A DNA stretch of 64,000 nt from Candidatus Poribacteria bacterium. GTDB lineage: Bacteria; Poribacteria; WGA-4E; WGA-3G. The position numbers were made by a program, and so were the translations under genes. Below, piece by piece: positions 52,573 to 61,366 of this stretch (positions are counted from its first letter, which is position 1; every line of letters starts with the position of its first letter). The notes beneath the pieces are model-generated. The model was not told where the DNA came from. It was given only the letters and a program-made list of their open reading frames with translations, and did no database searches. The stretch covers positions 1,696,001-1,760,000 of the forward strand of contig CAXXUA010000005.1 of assembly GCA_963663765.2 (NCBI GenBank). Reading direction: 5' to 3'.

Positions 52573-53687
52573 TATTGTAGTATCCTATCAGACCAATGCA
52601 AAGATTTGCCTTTATTTTGTGAAGCCGTTATACTTAATGCCCAGTATATACAAATGCCGATACCGACTGTATTGAAGAGTAGGAACGTTACCCAGTCAAC
52701 GTGTGGTATTTCGGTTGCCATATAATAGGGAACAAAACCGAATATGACAGCAAGCGGTCTTAGTCTACCAGCAAGGAGTGTACTTCCAAGCGTATAAAAG
52801 ATTGCTGCCTTACCGCATAACGCCACCGGCACTATTAGGCACAGACTCAGTATCAATAACGGAAATCCTACGATTGAAAGTATCATCACCCAGAAAAATA
52901 CTGGAATAAGAACAAACATGAGGAGACTGAATAGGATGCTACTGATTGGTCGGGTTGTCAACATGGTACTGATTGCATTTATTGGTCTTGGAAATGCCAA
53001 TGCGATCAGCAGATATACGACTAATAACAACCCGAATTTTATGGATGTTAATTGAAAGTTTCTATGTTTACTGATGTCCCATATTGTCTGCGGGTGCATT
53101 AGCACGTGTGCTGCGGCGGGTAGGATTCTCCAGTGATTGCTGACACGGTAGTTTTCAAGTGATTCAAGGTTTCCTGAGATATTCCCTCCGATGACATGTA
53201 TCATCCCTTTGACATGTGCGTTCGGTCCGAGTTCAACATCTCCTCCGATGATGAGAACGTTCCCAGTGACTGTGCCTTGTATCTTAGCATCACCAGCAAG
53301 CATGATGAGCGTAGTAACGACCTCATCCGTATGCAACTGATGATCGTTTACGAGTTTGAAAATCCTGCGTTTACCTTTCCACTTTGAAGGTGTTTGTTCG
53401 GTAGAATCATTTTGTTGTTCAACTTCTGTTCCATTTTGTTGTGGATTTGCATCATCTGTAGTAGTGACTTCAGGGTTAATAGGGGAATGTTCTTCGGTAT
53501 CCTGGTTTTCAGTGTCTACGGTTTCTTCATCTTGTGCTGATGGAGTAACAGGATCAGGATTTTGTTTGGTGTTATCTTCTTGTATAGCAGGCGATTGCTG
53601 CGGCGCAAGCGGATCTTCTAACTGTGCAAACACCGGCTGTACCGTCAATACTAATATTATAATTAATGCTATTTGCTTTATGTTCAT
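52572..53687 (-). CDS. secreted/membrane protein with a bactofilin-like beta-helix segment and C-terminal TM helices
   Basis: Signal peptide, acidic linker, GDAKIQGTVTGNVLIIGGDV repeats and multiple TM segments. Confidence 0.6.
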   Translation of the reverse strand: MNIKQIALIIILVLTVQPVFAQLEDPLAPQQSPAIQEDNTKQNPDPVTPSAQDEETVDTENQDTEEHSPINPEVTTTDDANPQQNGTEVEQQNDSTEQTPSKWKGKRRIFKLVNDHQLHTDEVVTTLIMLAGDAKIQGTVTGNVLIIGGDVELGPNAHVKGMIHVIGGNISGNLESLENYRVSNHWRILPAAAHVLMHPQTIWDISKHRNFQLTSIKFGLLLVVYLLIALAFPRPINAISTMLTTRPISSILFSLLMFVLIPVFFWVMILSIVGFPLLILSLCLIVPVALCGKAAIFYTLGSTLLAGRLRPLAVIFGFVPYYMATEIPHVDWVTFLLFNTVGIGICIYWALSITASQNKGKSLHWSDRILQ

Positions 53688-55059
53688 CAATCTTCGGGCA
53701 TTCCTCCCAATCCTTTAGGTTTGGGAGGAATGCCCGCTCTTTTTTTCTTGACAAATATATGTCAATATCTTAAACTACTATCAGCATAGGTGGTAGAGAA
53801 TACGATCCACGTCTCCTGACGTGGTCTCTACCACAACCAAATCGTATTGGGAACTATGCTGGAGTAAACTATGCGAACCTATAAATATAAGATACGCAAC
53901 CATTCTAAAAACAAACGCTTGGGCAACCTGCTTGACGATCTCGCTGATGTCCACAACCACTTTCTGCGTTTGGAAAAACGTTATTACCGCAGATATGGTA
54001 AATATGCTGGCAGGTATAGACTGCAACCGCATCTTACCAAGTTGTTGAAACGGACTAAAAAACACTGGGCATGGATACCACGTGACACTTTGGATGCTGC
54101 GATTATCCGTATCCATGACGCATACCAACGTTTCTTTGCGTGTCAAGGCGGACTTCCTAAATTCAAGCGCAAACATCGTTATCGTTCTGCCAAATTCCAA
54201 ACAGGCTATAAACTTGAAAATGGACGTGTGCGTATCTCCTTTAAATCGTGGGACGAACCCACACAATCTCTGAAGTTTGACAAACGCAGGTTTTCTTTTT
54301 ACCAACACCGACACTGGCACGGAAATGTCCGCTATATCCAGATACTCCGTGATAGTGCAGGTGAATACTGGCTTTATATCGTCACAGATGATACTTCTAC
54401 CGAACCTATGCAACAAACAGGTGAGAGCGTGGGTATAGACTTCGGACTGAAAACATTTTTGACTTTGAGTAATGGTGAAAAAATAACCGCACCTGAATTC
54501 TTGAAAAAAACCTTGAAACACCTCCGCAAACTGAATAAAGCCGTGAGTCGTAAAATCAAAGGTTCTAATAACTGGTATCGTGCTATCAGAATACTCGCAA
54601 GGCTCCACATCAAAATCAATAACCAACGGCTTGATTGGCAATGGAAAATCGCTACAGACCTTTGCAGACGTTTTGATACTATCGTCACTGAAACGTTGAA
54701 CCTTGATGGTATGAAGCGACTCTGGGGACGAAAAATTAGTGACCTTGCGTTTTATCAGTTTATTCAAGTGTTGGAATTCAAGTGTTTCAAACATACTAAA
54801 ACTTTCCTTCAAGTCCGGCAATGGACACCTACAACAAAAACATGTAGCACCTGCGGACACTCTAATAAAAACCTTTGTCTCAATGATAGACAGTGGATAT
54901 GTCAAAACTGCAATGCTGAACACGATAGAGACATAAACGCTGCTATCAATATCTTGCGGGCTGCTTATGATCCCGTTGTGGAGCAGATGTAAGACCTTAG
55001 AAATAAGGCTAACTGCTACGAAGCACAAGTCCCTACCTTTAGGTAGTGGGTGCTATGAC
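53688..55059 (+). mobile_element. IS200/IS605-family tnpB-only element
   Basis: TTCAT|CAA left junction, left hairpin CGGGCATTCCTCCCAA..TTGGGAGGAATGCCCG, right hairpin CCCTACCTTTAGGTAGTGGG..TGAC. Ends are inferred. Confidence 0.65.
53871..54992 (+). CDS. tnpB: RNA-guided endonuclease TnpB
   Basis: RuvC motifs GIDFGLK, VTETL and HDRDINAA; Zn finger CSTC..CQNC. Confidence 0.92.
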   Translation: MRTYKYKIRNHSKNKRLGNLLDDLADVHNHFLRLEKRYYRRYGKYAGRYRLQPHLTKLLKRTKKHWAWIPRDTLDAAIIRIHDAYQRFFACQGGLPKFKRKHRYRSAKFQTGYKLENGRVRISFKSWDEPTQSLKFDKRRFSFYQHRHWHGNVRYIQILRDSAGEYWLYIVTDDTSTEPMQQTGESVGIDFGLKTFLTLSNGEKITAPEFLKKTLKHLRKLNKAVSRKIKGSNNWYRAIRILARLHIKINNQRLDWQWKIATDLCRRFDTIVTETLNLDGMKRLWGRKISDLAFYQFIQVLEFKCFKHTKTFLQVRQWTPTTKTCSTCGHSNKNLCLNDRQWICQNCNAEHDRDINAAINILRAAYDPVVEQM

Positions 55060-55579
55060 TGTCTCGTATTTATTGAAAGGGTCTACCCTTAGTATTTTGA
55101 TATTATTTCCATCTATTATAGACAGAATGATGGCTAATGTCAATTCTTTTTGGCGTTCTCCGGAATTCGAGGGTTACAAGGTTTTTTGTCTGAACCAGGA
55201 TTTACATGATTTACAGATTTTCAGGATAAGACATTTGCATTAGGTTTTGTTCAAAGTATAAGCGTTTTTTGTATTGCGATTTTTTTGTCTGAAGCAGGAT
55301 TTACAAATCAAGAAATCAACGGTATGAATGCTATATAGCATTCCCCGGGTATGAATCATGGCGAATGCCACACGCGCATTCCCCGGGATTACCAGATTTT
55401 CAGGATTTACCTCATCAAGGGTTTTTGATGTGTGCATTTCGAGCCATACATGATTCAGAAATCGGGGTTGAAAACCCCTCCCACAAGAGAGTTGTATCGA
55501 GGTTGGAAACCCCCTCCCACAAGAGATACCTTTCCCACAAGAAATGTAAGTGACAATTGAATGCCTCTGGTGCATTTAG

Positions 55580-56071
55580 CAGGGTTATTCAGTTGCTGGC
55601 ATCTTAGTTGTTTCCTGAGAAAATCGCAACCGGGAGGTCGCTTCTACCGTGTGGTTTCTTTTTTAAGAATCCAAAAATTTGGAAACTAAATAACCCTGTG
55701 CATTTGCAGGGTTATTTAGTTTTAAGTATTATCAGTTAATGGGTGTTACTTAAAGTTTATATCGTAGGTCGGGCAGAGCGTATGCGAAACCCAACATGTA
55801 TTGATTTTGTCTATCATGTCGGGTTTCGCATACGCTCTACCCATAGGTGTCAACTTAAGGATTCTGACCTCTTGTGGGAGGGGTTTGCAACCCCGATTTT
55901 ATGTTCATTTCCACTCAAATCGGGGTTACAAACCCCTCCCACAAGAGAATATGCCAACACTTTTTTCTTAAGTTGACACCTATGGGTTTCGCATACGCTC
56001 TACCCGACCTACGATATAAAATCACGAATGTTATAAATATCTGCCAAAATATCTAAAACTGAATAACCCTG
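55580..56071. mobile_element. two tandem CAGGG MITEs (55580-55698, 55707-56071); the second has a nested CAT MITE (55842-55984)
   Basis: Target TGCATTT(A)G present three times. The second element is nearly identical to 21918-22282. Confidence 0.8.
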
Positions 56072-56088
56072 TGCATTTAGGGTTTTAC

Positions 56089-56117
56089 TTGACATATATG
56101 CCAAGATTTGTTAAGAT
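56089..56117 (+). promoter_or_regulatory. sigma70 promoter TTGACA-N17-TAAGAT with extended TG
   Basis: Upstream of 56187. Confidence 0.55.
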
Positions 56118-56186
56118 ATAAGCATATTTGACGCATATAACTTGCGATGTATCGCACAAAATCACAACTGATGAGGAGAAGAAATT

Positions 56187-56795
56187 ATGAATTTCAAACT
56201 TGAAGAAATAGATGGTTTGGAGGAAGAAACACCGTTAGAACTTGAAGAAGAAAAGGACGACGATCTCACTGACGATGATGAGATGGATCCCCTCGGTGTG
56301 GAAGCAAGTGATGACGATGAATCTCCTGATGCACCTTCTTATGAACCTGATGAGCCTGATGAACCTGATGAACCTGATGAGCCTGATGAACCTGTAGATA
56401 CAGCCTACGATTATGATGAAGAGGATGAAGATTCTGGGTTGTTAGTTTTAGAGCCGCAGCGTGTAGAAGTGCCAGCATTTAACGCACAAGAAGAGAATAA
56501 TTTCGCTTATTCGGAAGCTGTTAGAGCCTACTATGAAGAGAGAAACTATGAACAGGCAATCGAAAAATTTGATGAAGCTATAAAAAACGAGAAAAAGCAA
56601 AGGAAGGGTAAAAAGTCTGGGCCAAACGAAATCATTGCGAAATCAATGTATTGGCAGGGAGAGTCTTACGTCAAAACTCACGATTTTTCAAAAGCAATTA
56701 AGACTTTTGAATCACTTGTAAAAACATGTAAAGAACATTACTTGACTGTATCAGCGCAACGTCGCGCGGAAATCTTGAAAGCGAAACACTCTTAA
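56187..56795 (+). CDS. acidic low-complexity N-terminus plus TPR domain protein
   Basis: (EPD)n repeat; YEQAIEKF and SMYWQGESY...FSKAIKTF TPR motifs. Confidence 0.75.
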   Translation: MNFKLEEIDGLEEETPLELEEEKDDDLTDDDEMDPLGVEASDDDESPDAPSYEPDEPDEPDEPDEPDEPVDTAYDYDEEDEDSGLLVLEPQRVEVPAFNAQEENNFAYSEAVRAYYEERNYEQAIEKFDEAIKNEKKQRKGKKSGPNEIIAKSMYWQGESYVKTHDFSKAIKTFESLVKTCKEHYLTVSAQRRAEILKAKHS

Positions 56796-56799
56796 TCTA

Positions 56800-56949
56800 A
56801 CCCGAATTGATACCTATTATTTGTTGGTGGGGTATCTAATCCGATTGACAACAGAAACATAAAAACAACGAGTTCTGAAGTCAATATTCATAAATCGGGG
56901 TTAGAAACCCTCCCACAAAAGTATTCTGAAAGTAGGTGGCAACTTAGGT
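56800..56949. mobile_element. ACC-ended MITE with degenerate REP-E doublet
   Basis: Imperfect TIR ACCCGAATTGATACCTA/TAGGTGGCAACTTAGGT; 7-bp TSD TAATCTA. Confidence 0.55.
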
Positions 56950-56977
56950 TAATCTATAGAAAGGAAAAACGAAATTT

Positions 56978-58816
56978 GTGGATACATTGAAAAATCATCT
57001 TTTACAGAAAGCGACAAACTTACGAATTCATTCTATACTTTCAACATCAGAAGCGGGATCTGGACATCCAACGACCTGTCTTTCAGCAGCGGATATTGTC
57101 TCTGCTCTGTTTTTTCATGCAATGCGTTACGACACGGAAAATGCGCAAAATCCAAACAACGATAGGTTTATCTTATCAAAAGGACACGCTGCTCCGCTTC
57201 TCTATGCTGCGTATGCCGAAGCAGGTATTATTCCAGTAGACGATCTGAAGACATTACGAGAAATTGACAGCATTCTTGAGGGACATCCAACGCCACGTTT
57301 TGAGTGGACTGAGGTAGCAACCGGTTCGTTAGGACAAGGACTATCCCTCGGTTTAGGGATGGCACTCAATGGCAAATACTTGGACAAATCGGACTATCGT
57401 GTGTATGTGCTACTTGGTGATGGTGAAACCGCTGAGGGCGGAGTCTGGGAAGCAGCTGCGCTTGCATCACATTATCAGTTGAACAACCTTATCGGAATTG
57501 TAGATGTAAATGGACTTGGACAGAGTCAACGCACTATGTATGATTTTGATATTGACACCTATTGCGAGCGTTTTGAGGCGTTCGGATGGCAGACGATTGG
57601 TATTGATGGGCATGACTTTGATGAAATCCTACCTGCATTGGAACAAGCAAAAAGTTCAACCGACAAACCCACAATGATTGTTGCGAAGACATACAAAGGG
57701 AAGGGTGTTTCGTTCTTGGCAAATGAAGATAATTGGCACGGCAAGGCGATACCCAAGGGTGAGGAACTTGACAAAGCATTAGCCGAACTCGGTCCCTTGA
57801 CCACAGATGATTCTGTTCAGATAGCCGTGCCGAAACCGATTGACATTCAGTCTGCGACACCGACAGCATGTGAACCTCCGAATTATCAGTCTGATGATGA
57901 GGTAGCGACGCGCGGGGGTTATGGTATTGGTCTTGCGAAACTCGGTACGGCGAATCCGAATGTCGTTGCTTTGGATGGTGATACCAAGAATTCTACTTAT
58001 GCGGAACAGTTTATGCACCTGCATCCAGACCGATTTTTTGAGATGTTCATTGCAGAACAGAACTTGGTCGGTGCGGGAATCGGTTTGTCAAAACGTGGTA
58101 AGATACCATTTGTTTCTACGTTTGCTGCCTTTTTATCACGCGCTTATGATCATATACGTATGTCAGCGATTTCACAAGCGAATATAAAATATGCGGGGTC
58201 ACACTGCGGTGTATCTATTGGCGAAGATGGTCCTTCGCAGATGGGTTTGGAAGACCTTGCTATGTTCAGAGCGATTCCTGGTTCTGTGGTGCTGTATCCG
58301 AGTGATGCTGTTTCAGCGGAACGTCTCGTTGCTGTAGCTGCTGCCCATGAAGGCATTGTCTATATCCGCACTTCGCGTCCAAAAACTGCAATACTCTATG
58401 ATACAGATGATGAGTTTCCCATCGGTGGAAGCAAGGTTGTGAAAAAGAGTGATGAAGATAGTGTGACTGTTGTTACGGCGGGTGTTACTCTTCATGAAGC
58501 TTTAAAAGCACATGAGATTCTTACCAACGAAGGTATCGCTATCCGTATTATTGACCTATATTCCATCAAACCGGTTGATGCTGAAGCACTGATTTCCGCT
58601 GCTGCCGAAACAAATAACACGATCATCACCGTTGAAGACCATTATCCTGAAGGGGGATTAGGTGATGCGGTGTTGGATGCTGTTGCGACGGGGGGTGTTC
58701 ATGTCCATAAACTTGCAGTTACGGGAATTCCTCGTTCTGGTAAACCGGATGAATTGTTGGAACTTCACGGTATTAGCACAAACGCAATTGTGCAGAAGGT
58801 GAAGGAAGTTGTTTGA
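56978..58816 (+). CDS. tkt: transketolase
   Basis: SGHP, LSKGHA, GSLGQG, GDGE..EG..WEA, IAEQN and GEDGPSQ motifs. Confidence 0.95.
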   Translation: MDTLKNHLLQKATNLRIHSILSTSEAGSGHPTTCLSAADIVSALFFHAMRYDTENAQNPNNDRFILSKGHAAPLLYAAYAEAGIIPVDDLKTLREIDSILEGHPTPRFEWTEVATGSLGQGLSLGLGMALNGKYLDKSDYRVYVLLGDGETAEGGVWEAAALASHYQLNNLIGIVDVNGLGQSQRTMYDFDIDTYCERFEAFGWQTIGIDGHDFDEILPALEQAKSSTDKPTMIVAKTYKGKGVSFLANEDNWHGKAIPKGEELDKALAELGPLTTDDSVQIAVPKPIDIQSATPTACEPPNYQSDDEVATRGGYGIGLAKLGTANPNVVALDGDTKNSTYAEQFMHLHPDRFFEMFIAEQNLVGAGIGLSKRGKIPFVSTFAAFLSRAYDHIRMSAISQANIKYAGSHCGVSIGEDGPSQMGLEDLAMFRAIPGSVVLYPSDAVSAERLVAVAAAHEGIVYIRTSRPKTAILYDTDDEFPIGGSKVVKKSDEDSVTVVTAGVTLHEALKAHEILTNEGIAIRIIDLYSIKPVDAEALISAAAETNNTIITVEDHYPEGGLGDAVLDAVATGGVHVHKLAVTGIPRSGKPDELLELHGISTNAIVQKVKEVV

Positions 58817-58917
58817 TTTTTTGGAGCGGATGAATTTATATTATTTGGATTTAGGTTGAACATATTAGTTAATGTTGACTTTATAGGTTCTGTTCAGGTG
58901 ATTTTAAGGGATGTGAT

Positions 58918-59793
58918 ATGGCAAGTTTTGATATTGCCTCAAAGAAGCAGATTGAAACAAATCCACTTGATTTTGTAAATCTCTGCTTTAGATTCAATAC
59001 ATCGGACATCACCGTTTTGGAGCTTGTTAACCCAGAACAACCAACCGTAGAAATACACCAGGCAGATACACTCATTAAAGTCCTATACAATGGAAATGAG
59101 GTTCTCGTACATTTTGAATTTCAAACTTCTGATAGTTATGACCCGGCAATGCCGCTACGGATGGCAGGTTATATTGTAAGAACAATAGAAGTGTATCGTT
59201 TACCAGTTTATTCAAATGTAATCTATCTACGACCGGATGCGGGCAAAAACGATCCAGGAAAATTTGAACAAAAACTTGAAAACCATAATATTTCAATTGA
59301 ATACCAAGTGTTACGTTTAATTGATCTTGATGGACAAAAGATTCTTGATCAAAGGCATGTGGGTTTAATTCCCTTCACACCACTGATGAGACATCAGGTA
59401 GATAGTGTACAGTGGCTTCGTCAATGTGTTAGGGTCGCTGATAGTATTGATGTGCCGAACAAGGCAGCCTATCTGGGCAGCCTTGCTATATTGGGGAATT
59501 TAATCTACGATCCGCAAATTATTAAGGATATCATTATGGAGGAAACCATGCAACAACCTTCAATCGTTGAGTATATGGCACCACAAGCACATGAACAAGG
59601 TGTCATGAAAAGCACTCGCAAACATATTCTTGATGCATTGTCATTAAGATTCGGTGATGACATTGCGCAAATATATAAAGACAATATAGAGTCAATTAAT
59701 GACTTGCAATATCTTGAATTGTTATTTCACGCTGCGATTCAAGTAGAAAAAATCGACGAATTCAAACAAGCACTGCATGAAAACGATGAATAA
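58918..59793 (+). CDS. Rpn-family PD-(D/E)xK nuclease / putative transposase
   Basis: ADTL, HFEFQT, MPLRM..Y, VIYL and C-terminal L.LRFG motifs. Confidence 0.75.
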   Translation: MASFDIASKKQIETNPLDFVNLCFRFNTSDITVLELVNPEQPTVEIHQADTLIKVLYNGNEVLVHFEFQTSDSYDPAMPLRMAGYIVRTIEVYRLPVYSNVIYLRPDAGKNDPGKFEQKLENHNISIEYQVLRLIDLDGQKILDQRHVGLIPFTPLMRHQVDSVQWLRQCVRVADSIDVPNKAAYLGSLAILGNLIYDPQIIKDIIMEETMQQPSIVEYMAPQAHEQGVMKSTRKHILDALSLRFGDDIAQIYKDNIESINDLQYLELLFHAAIQVEKIDEFKQALHENDE

Positions 59794-59824
59794 GATGATA
59801 AATTACTGTAAGGATTACTAAAGC

Positions 59825-60193
59825 ATGCAACAAGCAATAGTTTGGATTGTTGTATTTGGTGTTATCGTTCTGGTAGGCATCGGCATGTTTTTTGCATTAC
59901 GTGCTCAGCGCACTGCTCCTAAGACATATCCCGCTGACAAGGGACTAAAATATATTGATGTCTCCGAGTATCCACAGGAAATGCAAACACTTTACGACCT
60001 TTTTGCTAAGAAATGTAGCAAATGCCATACCGTTGCGCGTCCAATTAACTCTGTCTTTGCACCCGAAGAATGGCGAAAATATGTGCGTAAAATGATGCGA
60101 AAACCGGGTTCTGGACTCACCCCTAAAACAGCTGAACAGATAATCAAATTCTTAGTCTACGATGCACAACATCGGGAGAGAAAAACACCATGA
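59825..60193 (+). CDS. membrane-anchored monoheme cytochrome c
   Basis: N-terminal TM segment, CSKCH and distal KMM. Confidence 0.8.
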   Translation: MQQAIVWIVVFGVIVLVGIGMFFALRAQRTAPKTYPADKGLKYIDVSEYPQEMQTLYDLFAKKCSKCHTVARPINSVFAPEEWRKYVRKMMRKPGSGLTPKTAEQIIKFLVYDAQHRERKTP

Positions 60194-61272
60194 TGAAACT
60201 GATTCTGACTTCTTGTGTCCTATTGTCTCTTGTTGCCAGTTCACATGCGGTACCTGTCAAAAAACTTCAAATATTGATTGATAGTCAACCTATCGGATTC
60301 GACTCCGCACCAATACTCAAAAACAGCGATTGGCTTGTGCCAATAGAACCTATTTGCAAACAGTTGGAATTAAAGGTTGAGTATCCAGCTGGGGAAGATA
60401 TGGTAGTTATCTGTGGCGGCGCAGCGTCTGAGTTGTGCGTACCACTACTGCTTGAAAAGGACGTATTCAACATTGATAACGTCACTTATGCTAAACTTGA
60501 AAACATCACTGAACCGTTCGGTTTTGGCATTTACAAAGCATCAAAAAACCAATTTGAGATTATCCGCCCTGAGCAATTCCCTCCTCAATTTACGCTTCCT
60601 GATCTTGATGATACCCCCAGACGTTTGCAGGATTTTCGTGGTAAGAAGACGCTTTTCTATATATGGGGATCGTGGTGAGGCTGTCGTGGACAACTGCCAG
60701 GATGGCAGAAGTTTTACGCAAAACATCGTGATAAACTCAACCTTGTTACTGTTGCAATTGATGCGCAAGGTGCGTCTGTAGTCCGACCTTGGCACGAAAA
60801 AGCCAACGCAGAATTCGTCACACTCGTCGATTCACAGAATATACTGGGTAACCTATACGACCTGAAAGCGATTCCCTTCGGTATGATGGTTGACGAAGCA
60901 GGACGAATGGTAAAACCGCCTTTCAGCATAAATGTTGCTAAGAAAGAGACAATTGCAATGCTGGAAAAATGGTTATCCGATCCCACCTATAACGCCATTT
61001 TACTCGGTAATGTTAAACCGAGAAAGAAATCCAAAAACCCAAAGATTGTTGAAGCCAATGCTCGCTTTCAACTCGGTCGGACCTTGTTAGAAATAGGGAA
61101 AACGGCGGAGGCGATGAAGGAGTGGCGAAAAGCTTTGGCTTTAGACCCGAAGAACTGGATTATCCACAAGCAGATTTGGGCAGTTGAACATCCCGATAAG
61201 TTTTATGATGGAAATGTTGACTACGGATGGCAAAAGACACAGTTAGAAGCAGAAAAAGAGAACGGAAATTAA
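60190..61272 (+). CDS. probable selenoprotein: secreted redoxin (AhpC/TlpA-like, W-U-G-C) plus TPR
   Basis: In-frame TGA at 60676-60678 joins ORFs 60190-60678 and 60883-61272 through an open thioredoxin-fold sequence, with a SECIS-like hairpin downstream. Confidence 0.8.
60694..60708 (+). promoter_or_regulatory. bacterial SECIS-like hairpin
   Basis: CTGCCA-GGA-TGGCAG, 15 nt after the UGA, with G at the first loop position. Confidence 0.55.
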
Positions 61273-61366
61273 ATGTCAGTTTAGAGGAAGTCCGACTCAT
61301 GCCGTCTGCACATCCTAGTTTGACGTGGAAAATGTCTCCAGATCCAGATTCAACGTATTTTTTTAT

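Noticed and set aside
53781-55028. 415-aa minus-strand ORF
   Set aside because: Antisense shadow of tnpB with no recognisable motifs.
30000-58000. Apparent drift from a C-rich to a G-rich plus strand (possible replication origin or inversion)
   Set aside because: Spot checks by eye were inconsistent and no dnaA gene or DnaA-box cluster was seen; a cumulative GC-skew computation is needed.
60190-60678. Pseudogene or two separate genes
   Set aside because: The in-frame TGA falls at the redox-active position, with an intact downstream frame and a SECIS-like hairpin, so selenocysteine is the better explanation.
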